Shown in pieces: positions 25,028-36,591 of a DNA stretch of 64,000 nt. A program made the position numbers and the translations under genes. Every line of letters starts with the position of its first letter. The stretch's first letter is position 1. Where the stretch lies: assembly GCA_040357565.1 (NCBI GenBank), contig JBDODJ010000002.1, one strand, 5' to 3'. The notes beneath the pieces are model-generated. The model was not told where the DNA came from, did not search any database, and worked only from the letters and a program-made list of their open reading frames with translations. The DNA is from Cercozoa sp. M6MM. Its lineage: Eukaryota > Protista > Endomyxa: Ascetosporea.

Positions 25028-25826
25028 CTAAAGCATGGCGCGCATCATTTGTCGCTTTTCGTCCTCGGTCAGCGCCTTCTGGAAAGTCCAGGAGAACTTT
25101 GAACCACCGGCAGTCTCCACTTCGAGTGCATGCGTCCGAGAGCGCGTCAGGCCCCAATAGCCTGTACCTAAGCACAACCTTGCAGAAGCAGAGAAAGCAC
25201 AATGGAAAAAACGAAAGGTACCAGTGGCGCCAAGGAAACCCATTATCGGAACCAAAATGTCACGTCGACGAGGCTCGCCACCTGCCGCACGTACAGTATT
25301 CACTCTCAAGCAGGGAAAGAAATCACAATTATGCAACCAACAATACCGCCTAGAACTGCACCAAGCACTGCGCCAGCAAATACGCCGCCGGCACTGTACA
25401 GCGCCGCCTTCAAGTAGTTCGGACCGTCCATGAAACTGCAAAACAAGTCACCGCTCAAGACAATCAGCCCAGAGAAATTTAACAAACTTACTGAGCAGCA
25501 GCAACAGAGGAAATTTGCGTCTGATCATTGTACACTCAAAGCTCAAGCCAAACGCACCACGAGCAACAGAACATATATGGAGAGGAGAGACGGTCACCTC
25601 GACTTCATGTGAGATGCCAAGGCGTCGCGGCCAAGTCTTTTTGTCGCTATCGCGCGTCGAGAATCGCAAGCTTTGCTTGCCATTCAATCCATCATGAAAG
25701 AAGAGCTTTCCGCGCGGACCTAGCCAAGCAAGAAATGCGACCAGCGATCACCAACAGCAAAAAGTACAAAAATCTTGCACCTGCTGCGCCCTGACTGGCC
25801 TCAAACTGAAGACTTTCCTTAGGCAT
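25028..25826 (-). CDS. Hypothetical small membrane protein with Gly-rich (glycine-zipper-like) hydrophobic segments
   Basis: Spliced MPKESLQFEASQGAA/GPRGKLFFHDG.../FMDGPNYLKAALYSAGGVFAGAVLGAVLG/GGEPRRRDILVPIMGFLGAT/GTGYWGL...RAML*; five GT-AG introns keep the frame. Confidence 0.55.
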
Positions 25827-26068
25827 ACTTAGCACGTACAGCACAGTACACTACAGCACAACTTGATGTCTCTAATGAACGAGACGAAGATTCAGAGTGT
25901 CCCAGCGCTCCAGGTACCACAGAGGGCCTGCTCGCCAAAAACAGTATTCTTTAGGAAGATTCCGAGGGAACGGTTGAATCAAATTGCGTCTCTGTTGCTT
26001 CGAGCATTTGGAGGAAACAAAAACCGCGAAAACACATCACTTTTCTTTGACCGTAGCATCGACAGAAG

Positions 26069-28598
26069 ATGAAGATCTCGACACCGCTGGAATTCGGCGA
26101 AATTGGCGCGGTGTCACATCGCGTTGTCATGGTGTGTTGGCTTGAGGGCAGGCAGATGCGAGCGTTTTATAATAGTGTGCATGTAGGCACCACTGACGCG
26201 AATGCGATCGCCGCACGGGCATGCGAACAACCTAAACGCGCGCTACTACGAGCAGCGCAGTGCTACAGGTGGCCTCATTGTGGCCGAAGCATGCAACATC
26301 TCCGAGAGGTGTGTGATAGGATTTTGAGGTTGGAACCGATTGATTAAGCAAGTTTTATTTTATGGTTTCAGTGCGCGAGGACACCCGAACACGCCGTCCA
26401 TTCGCGACAAGGACGATATGCGAGCGTATTTTAACTCCCGGGCTGTTTACTCTTGCCTATTGCTACCTGTATTCAATCTGTAGATGGCGTCGAGTGACGT
26501 CTGCGGTGCACAAGCACCCGAACGCAAAGATCGTGCTTCAGCTGTGGCACGTGGGACGGTACACACTCTACTTAGACAGAGGAGGGCAGGAGGGGGGGGG
26601 GGGCAGCGCTCCATTTTTGTCTAACTTAGGACTTCGCTGCCTCAATACCAACCCAGTGGCGAGTTGCCGCCTGCTCCGTCTGCCATCAAATGTACTTTTA
26701 CTTTGCTTTCTTGTATTGCTGCTCCTGTGACCCCCTTGTTTCCAGGCGAGGGTCAGGCACAACTGCCTGACGGTAGTGCCATGGTGGTATCGCACTCTAC
26801 TCTGCTCTTCCCCATGACAGTACTCCATCTCCCTTCGTTTTGACAGGACCGAGTTACTCCGCGCGCAGTGTCACGACACGAGATTGCCGAAATTATCGAA
26901 GATTACGGCCGCGCTGCGGAGCTGTATGTTCAGCTTATACCTCTATTATTTTTGAATTAAACTGTGAAACAGTGCAATGGAAGCCGGTTTCGATGGTGTC
27001 GAATTGCACGCCGCCAATGGCTATCTCGTTGACCAGTTCCTTGTATTGTCTTTTTAACGCGCTTTCATACTCCTTCTCTGTGTGACCTATCGTTTTCGTG
27101 GATCCATTTTGATAGAATTCAAGCACCAACGTGCGAACTGACGAGTTTGGCAGCTCTGTTTCTGGGTACTCTTTTTCTGTATGTCTAAAAACTTATCTCT
27201 CTGGGTTGGTGGGAATGTGCTTAATGGAACAGACGATGCGAATTCCTGCGTCGTTGTTTGCTGCGTTTGAACAATGTGGCACCTGGCAGTATCACAGCAC
27301 TCCCCCATATGGACCCATCCGGAAGTGAAAAATGGCAGAGTGAATAAGGGTAATTTGAACAGGAGTGGGCGTGCGTTTCTCTCCGTGGGGCCGATTCAAC
27401 AGCATGTTCGACGAGAACCCCCTCGAAACCATGAAACATGCCATGCGTATTTCATTCTCATTTCCCTTCTCTCGCCACGTTGCCCTTTTTTATGACGTAG
27501 GCATCTGTGCCGAGATCGGGGTCGCCTACGTTCACATCATCAATCCTCGCATGTAGTTTTACTGCTCTTAGTTATCCTTTACCCATTTAAATTTATTCTA
27601 TCGCTTTGTTTAGTTTTGGCGTGCGTCGCTACTCGCACAGTGCCAAAAAGGTCGAATCTGCCACTCGGCAAGGTACCACTATCGGGAAAAAGGTAAGAGT
27701 ATGGTTTCAAGAATTCGCTTCTGTGGTGCGACAGTGCAACCGGACGACCCGACTCGAACTGACGAAAACGTGCGTCTGTTATACACGACTGTGCGCGAGA
27801 CACTCGATCAGTGCACGAGGTAAATAATTTAGGGTAATGTGGGGTCTAAAAGCAAGAGAGTAGAGGAATAAACGAGTTGTGTAGTGCTGGCTACATCCCG
27901 GTGATTGCTGCCGGCGGCTTTAGTTGTCGCGAGGTATCGCCGTTTAGTTGAATGTGTTTTATTCTTCAAGGAGATACCGCGCAGGCAACGAAATCAGTGG
28001 AGGCAGATGCGGTGGATGCCGTTGCTTTCGGACGCTTCTTCATCGCCAATCCCGATCTGCGTACCTACTTCTCGAGACCAATTTATGCCCTTTACCCTTA
28101 CCCCCCGATGTTTTTTGCTAACGTAGCGCTAAGAATCGCTCGCACGCAGAAGCTGAACCAGTATGACAGGTACTGTTTTTTTGTTTGTATCATAGGGAGC
28201 ACACACGCTTACCTCATTCCGTTCCGTTCTTGAAGGGGCACCTTCTATGGTGGCGATGAGACTGGTTACACGGACTATCCCTTTCACATCGACAACGAGG
28301 ACGCGTATTTTCGTTCTTTTAATACGCTTTCTTGTGTTATCGATTGCACGAGCAGGTTTGATCGACTTTCTGGTGAAACCAAGCAAGTGACCAATTTGGT
28401 ACGTCTTTTTCTGTCTGTGTCGGTGTGTCTGTGTGTGCTTGTGTGCGTGTGTGTCTGTTTTGTGTGTGTCTGTGTCTGTGTGTATGTGTCTGTCGCATCG
28501 TCATTGCTGCTTTCCAGGCTCCACCAGCTGACGATAGCAAATTCAACGTACACGATGACTTGTCTTCAACGAGCAGCAGTGCTTCTCGCGGTAACTGA
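26069..28598 (+). CDS. Old yellow enzyme / NADH:flavin oxidoreductase (OPR-like)
   Basis: HRVVMAPLTRMR, YYEQRSATGGLIVAEA, IVLQLWHVGR, GFDGVELHAANGYLVDQFL, RTDEFG, VGVRFSPW, VAFGRFFIANPDL, TFYGGDETGYTDYP. Confidence 0.93.
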
Positions 28599-29280
28599 CC
28601 GAACTTGCGCTAGCGCCGTTCATCGCTCCTGCTTCGCCTAACCTTGCTCGTTTGGTTTCGTTTGCCAGCGCAGTTGCGAACTGAACCGACACAGCCGAGC
28701 TCGACGGAATCCATAGTTTTAAATTTCAGTTCCCTTTGATTCGATTCAGTTTCATATCGCTGCTGTGTGCGCGACCCAACGCAATTTCTGCATCCGCGCC
28801 GAACTTGCAAAACGTCCTCTGTTGATGTGAGATTGTCAATTTTAGTGAAGGCAACGACTAAAGAAAAGTAAGAACTGAATGTAAGGTCGTTAAATTTAGC
28901 GTTCGTTCGACGTCTCAATAAACCGAAAGATATCAGAAGAGAGGAGGTTACCCCAAGGTAGGGCCGTCGTTACAGTTGAGAGTGTTAAGAGGTTTGTTCA
29001 AAGACAAACAAAAAGAAAACCCTCTTGCCTGCTCAAGATAGAGCAAGTCAGTTGCTTTGGTGTCAACAAGCACGGTATCCTTTGAGGTACCTGGTATCTG
29101 GAAAGAGGGCTGTTTCAATTCTTGTAGCAGTTTCAAGCTGCTCGCCACTCTAAATTACCAAACACAGGGTCTGCCAAGCAAGGCAACACTCAATTGTAAG
29201 TTACCAGCTCTCAACCTTAGCAAAACACATCAATTCTTATTTGGCATGACTGATAGGTGCTTCCACGCGGAGCAAGCAGT

Positions 29281-29310
29281 CAGCCGAGTAGGTTGTTTGA
29301 TGTTGGCAGT
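29281..29310. repeat. Short fragment of the dispersed repeat also present at 44352-44387
   Basis: CAGCCGAGTA-GGTTGTTTGATGTTGGCAGT matches 44352-44387 at 29/30 positions plus a 6-nt indel. Confidence 0.6.
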
Positions 29311-29461
29311 TAAACTGCTTCGTCGTGCATCTTCTTCGACTTGCTCATCGCGTCCGATCCATCGGGAGCAAATTCGATTATATTATGCAGCCCCCGTGAG
29401 CATTATCAACCGGACAATGCGGCCGGATTCCATTCCGCTCGCCGACTCACTTTTCCGGGAA

Positions 29462-29650
29462 GAGAAAACTCAAATTAACACAATGCACCGCTCTGAGGAT
29501 GTGCATGAGACTACCCACGAGCTCTCCTAAGGAGGCAGTGTACGTTATCGCCAACAATCGGAGAAATGGCAGAACGAGCAGAAGCGACAGAACTGATCAA
29601 TCACTACGCTAAAGAAAGCACACTGTGTCTATACTTTCAAACTGAAAACA
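29462..29650 (+). mobile_element. Degraded fragment of the same LINE family as 62073-64000
   Basis: 29462-29540 aligns with 63922-64000 at 70/79 positions (ALRxCMRLPTSSPxEAV). Downstream sequence continues VYVIAN and then degenerates; the end coordinate is approximate. Confidence 0.8.
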
Positions 29651-29985
29651 CACCAGTATCAGTTTAGCCACAAACCACACGATCACCGGCCCCGAACTGA
29701 GTTCATGATGCCAGGTTGGCACCGCTTGGTTATCGATGCTTCCCCTAAAATTCACCAGCAGCCGGTTCACACCACACGACAGGATTGTTTGGTGCCTGCA
29801 AAAAAAATCTGCTACAAAATCCTCCAGACTGAATACACTCGAGCAGCAGTTCAGCTTTGTCTGAGGGAGGTGGTTTGTCGTCACGTCAGTTTGTTTCGGT
29901 TTTGGCCAAAATTGTGTTTCCGTGGTTTGGGGTTTAAGTTTACATTTTCGCACGCACAGGGAACGGAAAAGGCGACAATCTAATC

Positions 29986-31050
29986 ATGTCAACGCAGCAA
30001 ATTGATGAGCGCGCGTTGTTTGAAGACGTTGGAGCGCGATTCAAGTACCTATGCGACTTTGTTGGATTCGGAAAAGAAGACATTAAGGTTCACTTTTTGT
30101 TTTGGCTTTTCAGATTTAATGAAAGCATGTGTTGCAGTTGATCCATGGGTGCGCCGAGTACTTGGGACCGCTAGTGCCGACCGTAGTAGATGCGGTCTAT
30201 GACAAGTTGTTTTCTTTTTCGGTGACGAAAGAGGTGTTCGCCAAGCGCAACGCTGGGTTTCAAGGCAAGCTCGACTCGGCACAAGCTCTTTCCGTTCGGT
30301 CAGAGCAAATCGTCTTTCGCAAAGGCATGTTGTCCAAGTACTTGGTCACTCTGGTCACACAACCCTACGACTCCAAAATGCTGGCCTATCTCGACTGGGT
30401 GGGCAAGATCCATACATCCAAGGCCGGTTCCAAAAGCATTGGTGTAACTTGTCCTTTTTGAGCTGCTCCAGGATGTCAATGAAATTGTTTGTAAACTTAA
30501 ATTTATGAATCGAGAAACTCGTTTTATTGTTTAGGTCGACATGATTCACTGCAACGCGCTCATGGGTTACGTGCAGCAAATCCTTACCAGTAAATTTAAA
30601 TCGTAGCACATACAAGTCTGTATTGAATTGATGTAACATAAGTACAACTGTGCCAGATGCTCTGTTTGAGGCGGAGACCTTCTCGCTCGAAAAGCGCCAG
30701 AAGGCAGCAGCCGCGTTCGGAAAGCTTCTGTGGATTCAAGTAAAACCACTTTCTTGCGGGACAAAAGCATACTATGGATCGCATTTCATACAGTGTACGT
30801 GTGTGTGCTACGATTTCCGCAGAACGACCTCTTTCTGCGTCACTATCTCGACGAAGGTCCGCAGGCGAAAGAGCGCGCGCAGAAACGCCGCCTGTTGCAA
30901 GCGCTTGCGACGGTAAATTACCAGTCACCATCCCAATAAAGTTGCATACAGTGCTGTATTGAAATACTGTAGGTTGGCGCGGCGGTCGCTGGTGCTTCTG
31001 TCGCCATTGCTGGCATGTGTCTCTTCAAAAAGAAAGACCCGAACAACTGA
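29986..31050 (+). CDS. Protoglobin/sensor-globin-type single-domain globin with C-terminal hydrophobic anchor
   Basis: RFKYLCDFVGFGKEDI, LVPTVVDAVYDKLFSF, IVFRKGMLSKYL, YLDWVGKIHT (proximal His), IHCNALMGY, AFGKLLWIQNDLFLRHY; tail VGAAVAGASVAIAGMCLFKKKDPNN*. Confidence 0.88.
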
Positions 31051-31257
31051 ACTAAAAATCAAGCTGGAAAGCCAAACCGAACTAAAGGGAGCTTCAAAAA
31101 CAGCGCAGTTTTTGGATCGGTGAGGGCGTTGTAAACTTACGGGTACTAAACTACCGATAGTCGGGCGCCGTCCCGCCAGATTTCCTGCTGATTGTTCAAT
31201 TCAGTCGTGCTGTATCTGTGTGTGCCTAGTTGCGCTAATTGTTGGACACAGCATTAA

Positions 31258-32575
31258 ATGGACGTACTTGGACTAATCTTGCATATCCTGGGGGTTTTTT
31301 GTCGTCTGGTACAGCTGCTTGGTACTGGGACTTTTTTTTTGCTTTTTGGCACCGAGCGTGATTCGGCTTTTTTGTTTTCTCAGATCGTCTGTTGCGTCGA
31401 GAGAACGAATTGCAACAGGTAGCTTTTACTGTGGAAAGATGCGGATAAATCTCGAACTGGCTTGTACAAGCAGATACTGCGACTGGACAATGGCGTGCGA
31501 ACTCTTGTGCTGCGCAGCTTTGTCATCAAGCACAATCTAGCGCACCTTCGCAGTGAACAGCAGAGCCATCGACTCAGCAAGCGTTTTATAGTGCCAGAAG
31601 AGTTGCTTTTGCTGTCGTTGCGGCGCGTGAAGCAACTCGACTCGATGCTCCAGTACACGCAAGGTGAGGTGCGAGCGTTCGACGCAACTCGTGATCTGCC
31701 AGTCATGCGGTCGATTTGGCAGACTTTGATGTATATTGCCCCTTCCCATTGGCCCTTTTCACTTACTCCCCTCCCCCCTCCCGTCAGTGGCGGCGACGAT
31801 TTCTCGCTCAAGAATCGCAAGTGGAAACAAATCGGTTTCCAACGCGATGAACCGCTCAGTGACCTGTATGTTAACCTTACCAACTTCTTCTTTAAAGTAC
31901 ACGTATCAACGCATGTTTTCTGAATTATCAATAGCCGTGGCATGGGCGTGCTAAGTTTGCACAACATAAGCTACGTCTGCCAGAGCAACGAATCGATGGC
32001 ACTCGAGCTGTGCGAACTTGCGAACCGCGATGAGCTGGTACGGCTTTACTTTCCTTCAGTTCAGACGATGGTGTGCCTGGCAGGATTGGTTCCCATTTGC
32101 GGTGACGTGCATCAATCTCACCGCTGACTGTACCGACCTTCACAGCCCTCCAGTAGTTGCTGTGTTTGTGATTGCATGTGCAGTGCTGCACCAGTTGGAT
32201 GACAGCACTGGAAGTGCACGCGTGCAACGAATCGCCTTTCTGTTTAACCTGCTTCGCTTTCCGTACTGACCGTTGTTCTTTCTGTTGTCTTCCCAGTTTT
32301 CGCCTAGCAATTCCGCGTGCACTGCAGAATGGAAGAAGCCTTTGGAGATAGTTTTGTCTCATTGCTCGCAGAGCTGCAACGCGAATGGCGCAAACAAGCA
32401 CCGGTGAACGTGATGGCGTTCGCTTCAATCCACCAGACAGCATTGCGGAACTGGAAGAAGCGGCTCCTGCGTCAAGTTGATCTCATCGCAGCTGTGCATC
32501 TCGTGCCAATCCTGTCGCTATAGGCTAACTTGAGTTAAGATGCAAAGTTTGTTGCAGGACAACAAGTTGTTGTGA
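31258..32575 (+). CDS. ELMO-domain protein (ELMOD-like Arf-family GAP)
   Basis: WKQIGFQRDEPLSDLRGMGVLSLHNISY, WFPFAVTCINLT. Stop is either TAG at 32523 or, via a 64-nt intron (32494-32557, branch GCTAAC), TGA at 32575. Confidence 0.85.
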
Positions 32576-32760
32576 AAGTACTGCGATTCCTGTGCATCCC
32601 GCGCGCTGCTGAATGATGTTGGACCTGAACGGAAGAACCGATCAACCCAAGAAGTATCACTTTACTGCCGGCGTATTCAGAAACAACTGAGAGCTGAGCC
32701 CAGCCTAGGCATCGTGTGTTGCAGCGTGAGGCTGTGTTCAGCTGAAGGGACTGGGTGTGC

Positions 32761-32980
32761 GGCAGCCAATTTCTTTTTGCTCTTGAGCTACAGTACGCTG
32801 AGGACTGGCACGCAAAGCCTGGTCCACTTGCGCACACTCGGCATACTCCTGATCAGCGCTGAATGATGGCAGCACTTCAGGCGGTGAGGAGTTTCTGCTG
32901 GTTGTGTGCGTTGGGCAAAAAATCGAGCCAGTGCAGTCCTCAGCGTACTGTAGCTCAAGAGCAATAAGAAATTGGCTGCC
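32761..32980. repeat. ~46-50 bp near-perfect inverted repeat (MITE-like) next to an assembly gap
   Basis: GGCAGCCAATTTCTTTTTGCTCTTGAGCTACAGTACGCTGAGGACTG at 32761 is the reverse complement of 32934-32980 with one mismatch. Confidence 0.8.
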
Positions 32981-35412
32981 CCTTCANNNNNNNNNNNNNN
33001 NNNNNNNNNNNNNNNNNNNNNNNNNNNNNNNNNNNNNNNNNNNNNNNNNNNNNNNNNNNNNNNNNNNNNNNNNNNNNNNNNNNNNNGGCGCGCTGAATGA
33101 TTTCTCGCAATTTGTGTCTGCATAGGCGTATACGAAGCGCGGCGCCAAGAGCACCAATGAGGATGCTTGCTGTGTGCTTTTTCCCGAATCCTCAGGTACA
33201 GATATACATGCATTGCTTGAGTAGTATACGGTATGCAGATCTTCCTGCTCGCAGGAGGCGGGAGAGAGGAGTGGCGCGTGTTTGGAGCTGCTGTTTTCGA
33301 CGGTGCCTGTTTCTTTCAGCCAGCGCTTTTTGTGTTTAGTGATAGTGTATTCTCACAGGGCACGGCGGCAACAACGGCGCCATTGCTGCTCAGGTAATCC
33401 AAGTGTGTGTCTGCTGTCGGGCCGTAAGTTGCTATCCACCTCCCTGCAGGAAGCATGCCAGGAGACGCGTCAGTGGTTTCGTGAGATCACATTGTAGCTT
33501 GTGTTTTACCCATCCGTTCAGTTTCACTCTTTACACTTCGACCCTTCCTCCGCGGCTCAGACCTGGTGCCAACAGGTGCGCCTGTCGTCAGTGGACGCTT
33601 CAGCAGTGGACGGCGTCGCTAGAAGTGCATTTATCCCTTTCTTTATCCTTTGACTGACTCCCTGTACTCCCAGACGCACTTTGTACGCACGCACGAGAGG
33701 ATTCGCGCGCGTTTCTACGAAAACGAACTCGAAGCAGCCGATGAGCGCGCACGCGCCGCTGGTCGCGCCGTCCCACCACACAGTGTACTCCTGCCTTCTT
33801 CTGTCTTTCTGCTTGCCTGTGCCTTTTTACCTTTCGTTTGTGGGCACCCTGTAGGACATCGAAGTTGACAGTGACGTCGACGAAAGCAGTCGCACATCAC
33901 CTGTATCCCCTAGCCTCTGTTTTTTCCTTGCCGTTTTTCTAAGAACACATGACAGGGTGGCACGTGTTACTCGAATTCCGGAGTGGCACCGAAATGTGAA
34001 CGTCCCACAATAGGTATCTTTACCCCCGCCCCGCGCGAACTTCCTTTTTACCCTTCTTTCACGCTGTGTTAACCGTAGATGACAAAGGCGTCGTACGCAA
34101 ATGTACAGGCTCTCCCGTGCACGGCGGCACCACCGTATACTTCCCCCTTCGACTTTTCTTACGCACGTCATTCCTTTGTATCCTTGTAGGCGACCATAGT
34201 AGTCGTCGTGCAAGATTTGCGCTCGCGGACGGCGCATGTGATCTGCGCCAACGTTGGCGATTCCAACGCCTTTCTGTTCGCGCGTAATGGCGCCGACGGT
34301 GCTGCTGCTGAACTGAGGTATTTACGTGTATCCCACCCGTTCGCCGATACGTTTCAATCTCTCCTTAGTGAGAGCGACAGTACCACTTCGTCAGTAAACC
34401 CGCAACAAGTGCGTGTCGAGCCTCGTGAACTGAGGTACCACCAGCTTAACCTTTGCTTTTGTTATCATATTAATCCTTGTTCTCTCCAGTGTCGACCACG
34501 GACCGGACAGTACCGAGGAGTACCGCCGCGTGTGTGCACTGTCTGAGGAGGAGTACCCGCACAAACTGCAGTTCGTTTACGACAGGCAGGACGTGATTCG
34601 CAAGGTAGACACCTTTGTCTGTCTATTTTATTCATTTCACACTTGGTGCTGTAGTACCTATGCCCACGTGTCTTTTTGCCTGACGATCGGTACATACCAC
34701 CAGGCTATTTGCCCTGCCCGCCTTGACCCTCTTTATCATCTTACATTTGTAGCGGTGTCAAAGACGACAAGTACCTGCAGCACCCGTGGCGACATGGTCT
34801 GCGACCCACCAACGCGCGTTACGATGTAGGCTTGTTTTACCCTTTTGGCCAGTGCTTGTTGTCAGTCACCCCTTTACCCTTCGCCTGAAATGAAAACAGC
34901 CAGCTGTGTACGCAGTGTCACCGGCTTGTGTCGGCAGTGACACGACGTGTATCGCCATGACGCGCGCATTGGGCGACTTCTACGCGCACCCGTTCGGCCT
35001 GACGTGCGTACCGTCAGTGACACTGCACACGCTGCGTGTCGTACGCGATGACCCCTTCGTTATCGCGCTTGGCACTGACGGTACCTTCCTGTCAGCCCAA
35101 ACTCTGTTAGTTGCACTGGTCCCCTTCTAGGCGTCTGGGATTGCTTCAAGTTTGACGATTTCGTGCGTCTCACGCGACAGCACCTCGACGAGGCTGGGCA
35201 GGTATTATTAAAAGTATTCCTTTGCCTACCGTCAAACCTGCACCCCTGCACCCCCCCCCCCCCGGTAGTGCATCGACAAAGCGACGACCTCGCTCGTGGA
35301 ACACACGCAGCGCACGGCAGTGTCGCTTTTTGGCGCCAGGCACTACGACGACGCGTCGCTAGCGCTGCTGTTTGTCACTGGTGGTGAACGGACAGACTCA
35401 GTGCGACCCTGA
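32863..35412 (+). CDS. PP2C/PPM-family protein phosphatase (first exon tentative; first intron spans the gap)
   Basis: TKRGAKSTNED, VFDGHGG, GGTT, ANVGDS, DH, IAMTRALGDF, IALGTDGVWD, YDDAS. Putative first exon MMAALQA|GTGAG joins in phase 0 to the exon starting at 33126. Confidence 0.85.
32987..33086. other. Assembly gap (100 N)
   Basis: Run of N. Confidence 1.
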
Positions 35413-35630
35413 CCGGAATTTGGATCTGACCGACTCGGCCATCGCATCTTTGGACGACCGCATCTTTGGACGCAGCTGTCGTGTTATACTGTACAACGCA
35501 AACCACCGGCAAGTTGCGTTGAAGTTCGGTTACTGTCACATTCAGTTCGTGATCAGTCGAGTTTCGTTTTAACTGAAGTGCCCCGCCCCGTATGAATGGC
35601 AAAACGAACGACTAGGAACGGGAAGTGCAG

Positions 35631-36591
35631 CTATAGTCCATCCACATCAAGATCCAGATCGTCGTCGAAGAGCTCGTCGAAGTCGTCGCCCGCATCGCCG
35701 GATTCCTTTTTGAGTTGGTCCTGCTCCGGCTCCTGCTTGTGCGGCGCAGTCTCCATGGCTTCGTCGTCCTCCTCGCCGAAAAGGTCGTCGTCGTCCGGCA
35801 CTTCACAGCGAGACACAGATGCAGAGAGGTCGTTGCTTGCGGTTTTGTATTTAAGCGGACCCTACCTTCCTCCTGCACTTCGTCCTTCGACTCTTCTTTG
35901 GGCCCCCGTGACCTGGCCTGTGGCCTGTCTTGCCGGAATACGTGCTTGCACTGTCTGCACATGAACACCAGCAGCATCGCGTCGTCGGCCGCGCTCGTCA
36001 CTGATCGCAGCATCCAGAAGCACTGAAGAACACACGCGTACACAAACTGATTCTGGGCGACGCAGGCGAGGCAAAAGCACGCCAAATCTTGAAAGATCAT
36101 TGAAAATGTCAAACAACAACAAATACGAAGCCCTCAAACAGAAACAAGCACCGTCGCGATCGAATACAAGGATCGTGAGCGACGACCACCAAGGATTTGA
36201 GGCAAAACGCACCACATCATTCTCGAAACACTGAGGACATTCGACATCTCGATCGACGGGAAGCGTCGGGTCGTCGACGAGATCGTCGCTATATTCCTGC
36301 TTGCGCGAGTCGCCGGTGGCTGACGGCTGCACGGCGTTGCCGTAAACTTCGTTGTTGTTCGCTCTCTTAGTGTGCCCGCAGGTACGGCACCGCTGCATCA
36401 ATTGCTGCAAGCAAAAAAAAACGAAACTCTCCAGCGTCCAAATTTTAATTGGGAGAAGAAAACTACCTTGCGCTGCCGATCTTCCTGCGGGTACATGAGG
36501 TTGTTGCTAAACAACACACAATATGTGAGTCTCGTCGTGGACACACGTGCCAGGATCAGAGAAATCACCACTGCTCGCAGAACTCCAACAT
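35631..36591 (-). CDS. RPB9: RNA polymerase II subunit RPB9 with acidic C-terminal extension
   Basis: MLEFCEQCNNLMYPQED...RCRTCGH, DLVDDPTLP, ECPQC, DAMLLVFMCRQCKHVF (two zinc ribbons), followed by a D/E-rich tail. Confidence 0.9.

Noticed and set aside
32608-33101. GCTGAATGAT copies (32608, 32858, 33092) as a target-site duplication of an intronic insertion
   Set aside because: There are three copies rather than two, the upstream exon this would require has no in-frame start and is better explained as the ELMOD last exon, and the gap prevents a test.
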